From an uncultured Verrucomicrobiae bacterium (GTDB taxonomy: Bacteria > Verrucomicrobiota > Verrucomicrobiia > Limisphaerales > Palsa-1400): a stretch of DNA of 64,000 nt. The notes beneath the pieces were generated by a model. The model was not told where the DNA came from, did no database searches, and was given only the letters and a program-made list of their open reading frames with translations. Where the stretch lies: assembly GCA_963707025.1 (NCBI GenBank), contig CAVPOM010000004.1, positions 576,001 through 640,000 of the forward strand. The letters run 5' to 3'. Positions 11,122 through 22,036 of the stretch are shown in pieces. How positions within the stretch are numbered: the stretch's first letter is position 1; each line of letters begins with the position of its first letter. The position numbers were made by a program, and so were the translations under genes.

Positions 11122-14100
11122 ATGGTAGAATCATCGGCACTTTCACCAGTGAAGCGAGCGTTGCGCAAGCAGCTCTTGAAGCGGGCCTCACTCGGATTGG
11201 TCCGAGGTCCTGAAATACCACTACGGCCCGAGCGCGACTTTGCCCCACTGTCGTTCGCCCAGCACCAGATGTGGGTGATTGATCAAATGACGCCGGGGAA
11301 TCCCGCGTACAACCTGTCTATCGGGTATCGGCTGCGTGGCGTGCTCGAGGTGGCGGCCCTGGAAGACAGTCTCAATGAAGTTATCAAGCGGCATGAGAGC
11401 CTGAGAACGACCTTCGCGGTCAGGGACGGAGAACCCCTGCAATTCATCCATCCCGAACTCAAAATCAACATTGATGTCATCCAACTGGATCACCTGCACG
11501 GCGCGGAATGCGAAAACCGCGTGCAGGCCCTGGCCGCGCAGCAGTCGGTCAAATCGTTCGACCTGTCTCGTCTTCCACTGCTTCGCGTCTGCCTGCTCAA
11601 GCTGGGTGAAGCCGAACACATCTTAATCATCAACGTTCACCATATCGTGGCGGACGGAATATCTATTGGGCGGCTGTTCGACGAGTTGGATACCTTCTAT
11701 CGGGCCCGTACTCGCGGGAGAGCCCCGCACCCACGGGAACTGGCGGTGCAGTATGCCGACTTCGCTCTGTGGCAACGAAGAACCTTCGACAACCAGGCAG
11801 CCCATGCCGGCCAAATCAATTTCTGGCAGAAGCAGTTGGGCGGCGAGCTTCCGGTATTAGAGTTGCCCGGCGACAAACTGCGACCGGCCCGCCAGTCTTT
11901 CAACGGCTCCAATGTCTTTTTCAATATCCCCTTCGCGCTGGCCCAAGATTTGAGCTCCTTGGGCCTGAGCGAAGGGTGTTCGTTTTTCATGACCCTGTTG
12001 GCGGCATTTCAAGTGCTGCTTCAGCGGTACTCCGGGGCGGAGGATATTGTTATTGGGACGCCCGTTGCCGCGAGAACTCCGGGCGAACTGGAGCCGTTGT
12101 TCGGGAATTTTCTCAACATGATCGCCTTGAGGTGCGACCTTTCGGACGATCCGACCTTCCTCGAGTTGTTGCGCCGGAGCCGGGAGACGACGCTCAACGC
12201 CTTGTCGAACAGCGACCTGCCGTTCGAAGCCATGCTAAAACACCTAAAGTTCGAAAGGGACCCAAGCCGGAACCCTGTTTTTCAGGTTATGTTGGAGATA
12301 ACCTCCGCCACGACTCCGGTGGTTGGCGGCCTGCAAATCAGCAGGTTCCTTTTTGATCTGAAGATCGCCCAGTTTGATTTGAGCCTGCATCTCTGCAAAG
12401 AGGGCGGCGATTACCTGGGTTGGTTTGAGTACCTGCACCCACTTGTTCTACCCGGAAACCGTGGAGAGACTTTCGTCGAACTTCCAACAGTTGTTACACG
12501 CCATCCTCAGGGAGCCCCAACAAAGGATATCGGAGATTGGGATTCTGACGGCAGCCGAAAGAAACCGGATTCTCAACGAGTGGAACGACACGAAGTCCGA
12601 GTTTCCCGCGCACTTGGTGATCCACCAATTGTTTGAGGCCCAGGTGGAGCGCACACCTGGGCGCAGCGCCGTCACGGCTGGCGCGACGGCGCTTACCTAC
12701 GCCGAGTTGGACGCGCGAGCCAACCGCATGGCGCGGGCGCTGCGCTTACGCGGCGTTCGTCGCGGCCAACGGGTCGGCCTGTGCCTCGAACGGGGCGCCG
12801 GCATGCTCGCCACCGCCCTGGGCATCCTCAAGGCTGGCGCGGCCTATGTGCCAATCGATCCCGCGCTTCCGCAAGCTCGCTTGCGCTTCATGGCGGACGA
12901 CGCACAACTCGCCCTGCTCGTCTCCAACACTGCCTTGGCGGCCTCGTTCAGTCTGCCGCGCGAGCATCAACTGCTGCTCGATGCCGATGCCAAGACCATC
13001 GCTTCCGCGCCAGATACCCGCCTGCCTGTCGATGCCTGCAGCGCGCAGCCTCAGGACCCTGCCTACCTCATCTACACGTCCGGCTCAACCGGCAAGCCCA
13101 AGGGCGTTGTCGTCCCACACTGTGCGGTGCTCAACTTCCTTGCCAGTATGGCTCGCGAGCCGGGCCTTGCTGCTGATGACGTGCTGGTCGCCGTCACGAC
13201 CTTATCCTTCGATATCGCCGTGCTCGAGCTCTACCTGCCACTCACGCTAGGCGCCTCGATCGCCATCGCGACCTACGACGAAGCCAGCGATGGTCATGCC
13301 CTCGCTGCCCTCCTGGAACAGCGTCGTGCCACCGTGATGCAGGCCACCCCGGTCACCTGGCGTCTGTTGTTCGAGGCAGGCTGGGCTCCCAAGCCTGGCT
13401 TTAAGGCGCTAGTCGGTGGCGAGACACTGCCTGCGGAGCTTGCTGCTCGCTTGCTCGCATCCGGCGTCGAGTTGTGGAACATGTACGGACCCACCGAGAC
13501 CACGGTGTGGTCCACCTGCGCCCGCATCTCCAGCCCCTCCGACAGGATCACCATCGGCAAGCCGATTGCTAACACCATCGTCCGGATCCTGGATGCGCAT
13601 AAGGGCTTGTGCCCCATCGGCGTCCCCGGCGAACTGTGCATTGGGGGCGCCGGCGTCTCTCTCGGTTATTGGAATCGGCCCGAGCTCACCGCTGCCCGAT
13701 TCATCCCCGACTCGTTCAGCACCACTGCAGGAGCCACTCTTTACTGCACCGGCGATCGCGCCCGCTGGCGCAGCGACGGCACGCTCGAGCACTTTGGCCG
13801 GCTGGACTTCCAGATCAAGCTGCGTGGGTTTCGCATTGAAGTGGGGGAAATCGAGGCCGCTATCGCGCAGCACCCCGCCGTCCGCGACGCGGCAGTCATT
13901 GCGCGCGAGGACGTCCCTGGAGACAAGCGCCTCGTTGCCTATGTCGTCGCCGAGACACCGCCTGCCGGCTTCCTCGATCAGTTGCGGGCGCTCCTCAGAG
14001 CAGCCATGCCCGAGTACATGCTCCCCGCCCATTTCGTCATGCTCACGGCACTGCCGCGGACCCACAACGGGAAACTGGAGCGCCGGACGCTGCCACCACC

Positions 14101-14533
14101 TAGCCCGGGAGATGGGTCACGTCGCGGCGTCGTTGTTGCTCCGCGAACACCCACTGAGGAGATGGCCCTGCGAGTATTCCGCGGCGTCCTGGGCCGCGCG
14201 GACTTCGGGGTGTTCGACACCTTTTTCGACCTCGGCGGCAATTCGCTTATGGCTGCGCGGCTCATGCTGCAACTCCGTGCCGCATCAAACTGCGATTTGC
14301 CGCTCCGTATTCTCTTTGAACGACAAACGGTTTCAGCGCTGGCCGAAGCCATCGATGGCCTCGCGTACTTGGCAAACTCCAAGCAACCGCCCGCACTGGA
14401 GCATAACAGGATGGAGATCGAGCCTCTAAGAGCGCGAGTCTTGCTCGCCCAGTCCCGTCGTCCCGATGTTCAGATGCCGCCGGTCAGACCCGCCCGGTGC
14501 ATGTGCATCGGGTGGGTCCGGACCCGGTGTTGA
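11122..14533 (+). CDS. NRPS module C-A-PCP split by a +1 frameshift near 12432 (assembly error or pseudogene)
   Basis: C domain HHIVADG in ORF 11122-12636; A domain (YTSGSTGKPKG, NMYGPTE) and PCP (FFDLGGNSL) in ORF 12425-14533; deleting one C in GAGTACCTGCACC restores FEYCTHLF. Confidence 0.9.
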
Positions 14534-14753
14534 GCCGCTTGTGGGAAGCCTTGCACGTGGGAATGATCCTGAAACGTGCGCTGCAATCGCGCCGCTATCC
14601 GCCCCACGCGGATTCAACGCCCCGCACGGTCACAGCCGGGCGGCCCGACAAGCCTGCCGTTCCCGGCCGGCCATGGATTTAGCAACGACGCTCCTCGCGA
14701 CAGGCCATCTTTTCACGGATGGTCTCCAGGTTCTGTTTCCATTGAGTTATGAG

Positions 14754-14805
14754 TGGTGCACCCAGATGGAGTTGAACCATCAACCTTCTGATCCGTAGTC
14801 AGATG
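14754..14805 (-). tRNA. 3' half of tRNA-Arg(ACG), non-functional fragment; probable att site
   Basis: Minus strand CATCTGACTACGGATCAGAAGGTTGATGGTTCAACTCCATCTGGGTGCACCA contains the anticodon arm (ACG), T arm and CCA; no D arm or 5' acceptor strand upstream. Confidence 0.85.
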
Positions 14806-14817
14806 TTGTCGAGGGAG

Positions 14818-14894
14818 AATACCCGTTTCCCTCTAGGACGTGCCGCACACTGCCGCATAGCCGCATAGGGGGACGGGTATTTTACGGGTATTTT
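14818..14894. repeat. Short repeats next to the att site (putative integrase arm-type or accessory binding sites)
   Basis: ACGGGTATTTT tandem at 14873 and 14884; inverted AATACCCGT at 14818; GCCGCA at 14842, 14852 and 14860. Confidence 0.55.
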
Positions 14895-15101
14895 CGGACG
14901 TCAATTCCGATGTCAGATACTTAACCTCCATTCGCCACGTTTCCAGCCTTTTCCAAGCCTAATTTCATTTTCCCAAAGGTCGAGCTTAAAAAGTCGAGTG
15001 TCAAGAAGAGAGCCTTCCCTCAATTCGCCCTCCCACTCCCAAATTCGCATTACGCGGCCTTGCAGTCCGATATGCATGCTGGCCGCAATGAATATCAAGG
15101 C

Positions 15102-17690
15102 GCTTCAACGGGGCCGCGCCCGCGCGGGCGCGGAATGCGATCTGTCCATAGCCATGCAAAACTTTGACCACGAAGCTTCAACGGGGCCGCGCCCGCGCGG
15201 GCGCGGAATGATGCGCTGCAGCGGCGGCATGAGACGGAGGCGGCGGGCTTCAACGGGGCCGCGCCCGCGCGGGCGCGGAATGGACGTCGCTGGTGCGGTC
15301 GTTTCCGCAGGGTTTCCGGGCTTCAACGGGGCCGCGCCCGCGCGGGCGCGGAATGGACCTGACGCGCCTTGGCCTCATGGAGGGCGGCGGCGACTTCAAC
15401 GGGGCCGCGCCCGCGCGGGCGCGGAATGGGGCGGCGGCGCCCGGTCCGTCGCGCCGGGCAGCCAACTTCAACGGGGCCGCGCCCGCGCGGGCGCGGAATG
15501 AATTCACCCTCGACAAACGCGGCCGGGCCAAAATGAACTTCAACGGGGCCGCGCCCGCGCGGGCGCGGAATGCCAGTTCACCAGCATGGTGCCTCCCCTC
15601 ACCTACATACTTCAACGGGGCCGCGCCCGCGCGGGCGCGGAATGCCCAGACTGTCTGGGTAGGGCCTACTCCCATTCCAGGACTTCAACGGGGCCGCGCC
15701 CGCGCGGGCGCGGAATGTTTTCCAATGCCAGCGCAGCCAAAAGGCCGGGGAGGACTTCAACGGGGCCGCGCCCGCGCGGGCGCGGAATGGCGGATGATGT
15801 CCCCACGGAAATCCCTGATCCCAATGACTTCAACGGGGCCGCGCCCGCGCGGGCGCGGAATGCGTGCGGCGCATGCGTGCAAAGGCCGGACGCCTGAACT
15901 TCAACGGGGCCGCGCCCGCGCGGGCGCGGAATGTTTATTCGCGTCAGTGAATACCGGCGCGCTGGCGGTACTTCAACGGGGCCGCGCCCGCGCGGGCGCG
16001 GAATGCATTCCATGCCGGGGCGGTTGGCAAATAGTGACTCACACTTCAACGGGGCCGCGCCCGCGCGGGCGCGGAATGGATGCTGAGGACATGGGAGGAC
16101 GTTGAAGCCAAGCAACTTCAACGGGGCCGCGCCCGCGCGGGCGCGGAATGCGCCCTTGGAAGGGCCAGCCGAAAAGCGGATTGAAAACACTTCAACGGGG
16201 CCGCGCCCGCGCGGGCGCGGAATGCCGTCAAGCATTTTCCAAGCTCGTGACAAAAATACACTTCAACGGGGCCGCGCCCGCGCGGGCGCGGAATGCCTCT
16301 GGTTCTCACCTCGGCCGGCGGTGTCGCTGTCTCACTTCAACGGGGCCGCGCCCGCGCGGGCGCGGAATGCTGATCGCGCGGCGAGGGCGCGGGCCGTCGG
16401 ATACGTACTTCAACGGGGCCGCGCCCGCGCGGGCGCGGAATGCCGGAGGCTCCGCATGAGATTAGGAGCTTCACCTGACTTCAACGGGGCCGCGCCCGCG
16501 CGGGCGCGGAATGTTCGTTGGTTGGCGCGGTGGCGCCGGGGCACGGCGCACTTCAACGGGGCCGCGCCCGCGCGGGCGCGGAATGGGCGCGGCAGGCACC
16601 GCGATGGTGCCGCTTCCGCTACTTCAACGGGGCCGCGCCCGCGCGGGCGCGGAATGCGGGCCGCCGGGCACGGAAGTTTATGCCGAGCTTGACACTTCAA
16701 CGGGGCCGCGCCCGCGCGGGCGCGGAATGGTCTTTTAAAAGTTCGTTCATGCCTACAATATAGCGTACTTCAACGGGGCCGCGCCCGCGCGGGCGCGGAA
16801 TGGTCGCCCTGCGCCGCCTGGCCGGGTGATGACGCCCGGCACTTCAACGGGGCCGCGCCCGCGCGGGCGCGGAATGTGAATGCGGTGAGCGGCGTTTCCG
16901 TTGCGCAAATTGACTTCAACGGGGCCGCGCCCGCGCGGGCGCGGAATGTCGGTCGACGGTAGGCCGGGATGCCGAACTGCGGCTCGAGACTTCAACGGGG
17001 CCGCGCCCGCGCGGGCGCGGAATGGCTGCACTGGCACGCGCAAGTCTGCGCTGGGTCATCGCACTTCAACGGGGCCGCGCCCGCGCGGGCGCGGAATGCG
17101 GCGCACGGCGCGCCGGCATGCTCGACTGGCATGCACGCTGCAACTTCAACGGGGCCGCGCCCGCGCGGGCGCGGAATGAGGCCGTGTCCGTGGACGCCGC
17201 GATCATCGCACTTCAACGGGGCCGCGCCCGCGCGGGCGCGGAATGCGCGACGCCACTGCGGCCTGGCGATCGCCCAGTCGACTTCAACGGGGCCGCGCCC
17301 GCGCGGGCGCGGAATGCTCGCACCGCATGCACGCTGGCATCGCGTGACGTGGCCTGTGGCACTTCAACGGGGCCGCGCCCGCGCGGGCGCGGAATGATCG
17401 CACTGGCGCGACGCGGACGGTGCAATCGCGGCTGCGCACTTCAACGGGGCCGCGCCCGCGCGGGCGCGGAATGAGGGTTAGGCTGAGCGGCAGTCGACGC
17501 GATTGCACTTCAACGGGGCCGCGCCCGCGCGGGCGCGGAATGGCTGGCACTGCCACGACGACTCCGCGATGCCGCTCGACTTCAACGGGGCCGCGCCCGC
17601 GCGGGCGCGGAATGCATGCCGCGCGCAATGCGCCTCAGCCATGCCGCACGTCATACTTCAACGGGGCCGCGCCCGCGCGGGCGCGGAATG
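15102..17690 (-). CRISPR. CRISPR array: 36 repeats of 36 bp, 35 spacers
   Basis: Repeat on + strand RCTTCAACGGGGCCGCGCCCGCGCGGGCGCGGAATG, counted by eye; spacers 31-44 bp; adjacent to cas2; orientation inferred from leader position. Confidence 0.99.
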
Positions 17691-17894
17691 TCTTCTCTTG
17701 TAACCCTTTCCGGCACAGGCTCGCAACAATTGAATTGCGATTGCCTGCGTCCCTCGCGTTACCCTTCTCTTCTTGCTGTTAACCAGTCTCACACTATTTG
17801 TTCAAAATCAAGCGTTTACGTCATGCGAGCGCCAGCGGGGGTTTCCGCGTCACCTCGCCGCTCGCGGGTTCAATTATCAAAGAACACCAAAGGC
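17691..17894 (-). promoter_or_regulatory. CRISPR leader
   Basis: Non-coding, relatively AT-rich segment between cas2 and the array; inverted motif GCGAGCG (17825) / CGCTCGC (17859). Confidence 0.8.
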
Positions 17895-18185
17895 TCAGAC
17901 CACATAACACGGCGCGTCCAGTTTCGTATAGGGCAGACCCAATGCAGTAATCACCCGATCCCCTCGCCCTTCCGCTGGTCCCAGCCCAACAAAAATTACT
18001 TGATCCTCATCGTGGTTGATGATTTCGGTCAAAGCTGATTCCAGCTCAACTTTCTCCGACGGGTTCAGGTCGCACTCGAACACCGAAAATTGCAGGTGGT
18101 CGCCAAAATTGCTGCAGGTCTTGAAAACCTTCCGCAGCCGTTTGTCGTCAGCAATATCGTAACACACCAAATACGTAGTTCTCAT
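17895..18185 (-). CDS. cas2: CRISPR-associated endonuclease Cas2
   Basis: YLVCYDIADDKRLRKVFK...GDHLQFSVFEC. Confidence 0.97.
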   Translation of the reverse strand: MRTTYLVCYDIADDKRLRKVFKTCSNFGDHLQFSVFECDLNPSEKVELESALTEIINHDEDQVIFVGLGPAEGRGDRVITALGLPYTKLDAPCYVV

Positions 18186-18188
18186 GGG

Positions 18189-20339
18189 TCACCTGGTCAA
18201 CAATGGAATGTACTCAGCGATTTCGCCCGTCAGGGTTTTTGCCAGCAGTCGCGCCTGCAATTCAAGCGCCCGACGGTAGCTGACTTTGTAGTCAAACAAT
18301 GGGTGGGTGATGAGCGAACTCATGCGCTGCTCATACATCTGGAAAAAGCGTTTGCGCCCCGGTGCAGTGAGATTCACTGTTTGGCCGGCCCGCACAAAAT
18401 CCTTTTCCGTGACGACGCGATTGTTGATGCAACTCAGCACCGTGGATTCCGCCACCAACGGCCTCATTTCTTCCATCAGATCCAACCCCAACGCCGGCCG
18501 CCCAAACCGAGGTTGGTGGTAAAACCCAATGTACGGGTCAAAACCGACTGCCAAGGCGGCGAGCGTGCAATCCTTGCTCAACATGCTATACGCCAGGGAA
18601 AGCATCGCGTTGACGGGGTCAGTCGGCGGACGGCGGTTGCGGTTGGTGAAGTTGAAGTTGAACGCAAGTTGTTTTGGATCTTTGCCAGGCATTTCGAGGC
18701 CGGGCAGGTCGTCTTCAACCTTGACCATGCCGTTGAACTGCTGGAAATACTGGCTGGCCGCCGCACCCTCGATTCCAAGAAGCTCCTCCAGTGAAGCGGC
18801 TGCCAACGCATCCTCAGATGCCCGCTTGAGTTTCAGGATAATTGGCTCCGGCGGCTCCAGGTGGTTTCGCATGAGCAGCGTGCGATGATTGCGGATTTTC
18901 CCATGCACAAATTGTCGGGCCAAGGAAAGGCACGTTGTCTGATCTCGTGCCAACCGAAATTGCTCCATCCGCAGAAACACATTCTTCAAGGCGTGACCGC
19001 GCGTAATCCCGTAAAACCAGCCGCCCATCGAAAAATAAGTGACGGGGATTTCCAGTTCGCAAAGCGACTGAATTGCCTGAGTCGAGATTTGGATGTTTCC
19101 GAACAGCGCAACGTGTGAAAGATCGCGCATCCGCACTTCCTCGATGACCCTGTCTTTTTCTTTAACCGTCAACACCTCGTCTTTGCATCCCACACGATAA
19201 CCCTGGGTGTTCAGATACAGCGGACGGGTATCGTCTCGCGCGGCAATCAATCTGCGGGGCGGCTCTCCCGCCACGCGGTTCGAGTCTTCCGACGATTCTG
19301 TTGCTGGCGTGTCTGCTTTTTCCCGCACACTCAAATCAACCGCCGCATGAGTTTGCGCCAGCATTCGTGTTTCGTCCGGCAGACAAACCGGGGCGAGTGA
19401 ACAACGCACACATTTCGGAGAATGGACCAGCGGCGCCGGAATCGGCCCCGTGACGACCCGTCTGGCCTCGGCAATGTTTTGCAGAATCCAGTTTTCCAGT
19501 TCGGGAGTGATCGGCAGGCGAACGCGCTGTTTCGTGGCACGATAATAAATGACGCCCTCGTTGCAGGTGTAGCCGTTATCGCGCAGAATCAACGCCTGCA
19601 ATCCAAGTTGCATCTTGTCGGTGTCCCATAGTTCATTTGCTGCCTCTCCCTCTTTGGGCGCACCCGCCTTATAGTCAACCGGGCAGACCTCCAACGCGGT
19701 AAACAAATCGTCCTTCTCTGTTTTCGTCTCAACCAAGTCCATTTTTGCGACGACGCCCAACCGCTCTGATCCCATTTGGACGGAACGCGAATGAATGGTT
19801 TCGGGCTCGGCGTTCTTTGTTTCAGACTCTTTGCTTGTAGATCCAGCATCCGCCGTTTTTCCCGCTTCTGTCTTTGCCTTGTCGGCATCCGTCTTTCGTT
19901 TGGCTTTCGGCAAAGCCCCATTGCCGGAATCAACGCGCTGATGAATGGCCCCGCCGCGCAACGTATCCACGCTCTCGACAAACACACCCTCGACGAATTC
20001 GTAATAGAACAGCCGCTGACAATAGACAAACTCGTTCAACATCCGAGCGGGAATCTGTTGCGGTTCATTCTCGAGGCGAGAGGGCGATGGTGGGGGCTGC
20101 GGCATTGCGGGCGCCAGAGTTTCGACCGTCGGTTGTGCAACGCTGGCCAGTTGTGACTCAACGGCCTCTATCCGCAATACAATCTTCACCGGTTTCGGCT
20201 CGCCGGTTTTCTGACGCGTCTCGCGTTCGCCGCCCAATCTCGCCCCCCCTGCACCCGGCGAAAGACCCCTCGGCGTCAGTGACGATTCCGTTTCACTCAA
20301 ACGATTTTCGGACGAAGCCGATGGGTCTTGGTCGTTCAT
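18189..20339 (-). CDS. cas1: Cas4-Cas1 fusion
   Basis: Cas4 motifs (EFVYCQR, PVDYK, QLGLQ, PKCVRCSLAPVC) followed by Cas1 (LLGIEGAAA, RRPPTDPVNAMLSLAY, LDLMEEMRP); ATG at 20339 overlaps the csb2 stop. Confidence 0.95.
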   Translation of the reverse strand: MNDQDPSASSENRLSETESSLTPRGLSPGAGGARLGGERETRQKTGEPKPVKIVLRIEAVESQLASVAQPTVETLAPAMPQPPPSPSRLENEPQQIPARMLNEFVYCQRLFYYEFVEGVFVESVDTLRGGAIHQRVDSGNGALPKAKRKTDADKAKTEAGKTADAGSTSKESETKNAEPETIHSRSVQMGSERLGVVAKMDLVETKTEKDDLFTALEVCPVDYKAGAPKEGEAANELWDTDKMQLGLQALILRDNGYTCNEGVIYYRATKQRVRLPITPELENWILQNIAEARRVVTGPIPAPLVHSPKCVRCSLAPVCLPDETRMLAQTHAAVDLSVREKADTPATESSEDSNRVAGEPPRRLIAARDDTRPLYLNTQGYRVGCKDEVLTVKEKDRVIEEVRMRDLSHVALFGNIQISTQAIQSLCELEIPVTYFSMGGWFYGITRGHALKNVFLRMEQFRLARDQTTCLSLARQFVHGKIRNHRTLLMRNHLEPPEPIILKLKRASEDALAAASLEELLGIEGAAASQYFQQFNGMVKVEDDLPGLEMPGKDPKQLAFNFNFTNRNRRPPTDPVNAMLSLAYSMLSKDCTLAALAVGFDPYIGFYHQPRFGRPALGLDLMEEMRPLVAESTVLSCINNRVVTEKDFVRAGQTVNLTAPGRKRFFQMYEQRMSSLITHPLFDYKVSYRRALELQARLLAKTLTGEIAEYIPLLTR

Positions 20340-22036
20340 AGTTTTGATTGATTGCGAACGGATTCTTCGGAGTCGCCTTGGGTGGGTTGCACGGTCCCCC
20401 CATCCATAATCGGCGCGAACAGGCCAAGACCGAAGTGGCAGGAGTGGCCGAGGGCGATTGGGCCGGCAATGGGTTTTGGAAAGGTGAGGCGGAAGGAACC
20501 GCAAAGGCGGCGTCCGCCGTCGTCGCCGCGTTTTTGGCGAAAGCGTTTGAACTCTAGCGGGCGTCGTTGTTGTGGGCCGAGGCGGAAGACACCGTTTTCC
20601 ATTTCTGGGGCGATTCCGATGGAGTCCAAATCAACACTTGCGAGTTCAGGATGACGTTCGATGAGGCGGCGTAGTTCTTCGCGGAGCATAGCGGTCACAA
20701 ACGCCTCTGGTGAAGTCAACCACCCAGCGGGATCTCGCTGAGTGCCGTTCTTTTTTGGGTGTCGTTGCGCAATGAAAGGCGTCGTGCTTACCCATTCCCT
20801 CGCAGGGCCGAGCGGGCCATGATGCCCCGAACGATAGTCTGCGAGGCTTCCCATCCCGAGCAGCATCACGCGGAGTGGGTGTCCGGATTCTTCCCGGTCG
20901 TGGCTTTTGATTTCCCGCATCGAGTCAATGGCCCGGAGTTCATCCGGGCCAAAGCCATCCGAAGCTACCAAGGTAAGGTGATCAAGCCGCCCGTCGTTGT
21001 CATCATCCGTCGGCAGGTAGAAGGTGTGACCGTGGCCAGTGGCCACCTCTCCCGTGTCGGATTTGCCGGAGAATAACCGCGAGTTTCCACGGCTCCCGTT
21101 GATGCGCTCAAGTTGTCTGCCCAAGATGCCCATGAGATTCCGACGCGCGGCCTCTGCCACGGGCAGCGTGTGTGTAGAGAGCGGCAGCACGGAAGAATCG
21201 AGGGCGAAGCGGATGACTTGCGGGCGTGGTTGCGAAGAAACACGCGGGCGACGTTGCGGCGTTACTTTGAAACAGTCCACCCGCCGGGTGTAGCGGACCC
21301 AGCGACTACCGGGTGGGTCTGACCATTTACCTTCGTGAAGCCAGAGGGTTTCGCCGCACAAGTGCCAGTCGGGGTCGTAGTGCGGGGTGATGGTGGTTTG
21401 CTTGGCTTTCTCCTTACCGGTCGTGATTGTTTCCTTCGGTGTGTGCGTGCCCTCAAAGGCGGTAGCCGGGTCTGCGCAGAGGACACGGACAACTTCCATT
21501 CCTTGCTCTGCCGCGCGTGTTCCCAGCGGGCGGGTGTTGATTTCGCCAATCCGCGTTTCCATCTCATTGTCCGGCACAAGCCGCGCCTCGCACCACGCTT
21601 CCGCGCGCCCGAGGTAGCCGAGTTGGGCCAGCCAATCGGAGAGCAACGCACGGTCCTCCTCGCTCAATTGTGCATCCGGCCACACGAGCAGGACTTCGTT
21701 TTCTGGCGGCACGACGACGAAGGTGTCGAAAATGAGGGTTTTGGCTATGTGAGGTTTTGCAGGCGTCCACTTTTTGTTCCAAGGCATGTAGTGCCGCGTG
21801 TGGCTCGAAGATGCCTTAGGTAATCCAAACTCAGGCTTCTCGGCCAATACGCGAAGGATGCGCGCCGCATCTTCAGTTTGAATTCTATCCGCCAGCTTTC
21901 CCCTCCATGCCGCGACGAGACTTCGCAGAAGTCGCCACGGGGAAGGAGGCCACTCTGGGACACCTTCGTTCACATGGTGGCCCCACGGTGTGGCATGAAA
22001 GCGCCCGGCGAGGAAGCTGAGGGCTATCGAGATCAT
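20336..22036 (-). CDS. csb2: Type I-G Csb2 (Cas5-Cas6 fusion)
   Basis: GRFHATPWG, EWPPSPWRLLRSL, YLGRAEAW, C-terminal GPIALGHSCHFGLGLF glycine loop. Confidence 0.93.
   Translation of the reverse strand: MISIALSFLAGRFHATPWGHHVNEGVPEWPPSPWRLLRSLVAAWRGKLADRIQTEDAARILRVLAEKPEFGLPKASSSHTRHYMPWNKKWTPAKPHIAKTLIFDTFVVVPPENEVLLVWPDAQLSEEDRALLSDWLAQLGYLGRAEAWCEARLVPDNEMETRIGEINTRPLGTRAAEQGMEVVRVLCADPATAFEGTHTPKETITTGKEKAKQTTITPHYDPDWHLCGETLWLHEGKWSDPPGSRWVRYTRRVDCFKVTPQRRPRVSSQPRPQVIRFALDSSVLPLSTHTLPVAEAARRNLMGILGRQLERINGSRGNSRLFSGKSDTGEVATGHGHTFYLPTDDDNDGRLDHLTLVASDGFGPDELRAIDSMREIKSHDREESGHPLRVMLLGMGSLADYRSGHHGPLGPAREWVSTTPFIAQRHPKKNGTQRDPAGWLTSPEAFVTAMLREELRRLIERHPELASVDLDSIGIAPEMENGVFRLGPQQRRPLEFKRFRQKRGDDGGRRLCGSFRLTFPKPIAGPIALGHSCHFGLGLFAPIMDGGTVQPTQGDSEESVRNQSKL

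Noticed and set aside
14754..14830. Functional tRNA-Arg gene
   Set aside because: The D arm and 5' acceptor strand are absent; only the 3' 52 nt match.
16079..16114. Spacer containing CGTTGAAGC, complementary to the repeat end
   Set aside because: Only 9 bp, compatible with chance.
15138..17654. Self-targeting spacers within the window
   Set aside because: No match was noticed by eye; this is not exhaustive and needs a BLAST search.
14998..18038. Many repetitive ORFs (STGPRPRGRG, FNGAAPARARN)
   Set aside because: These are translations of the stop-poor CRISPR repeats, not genes.
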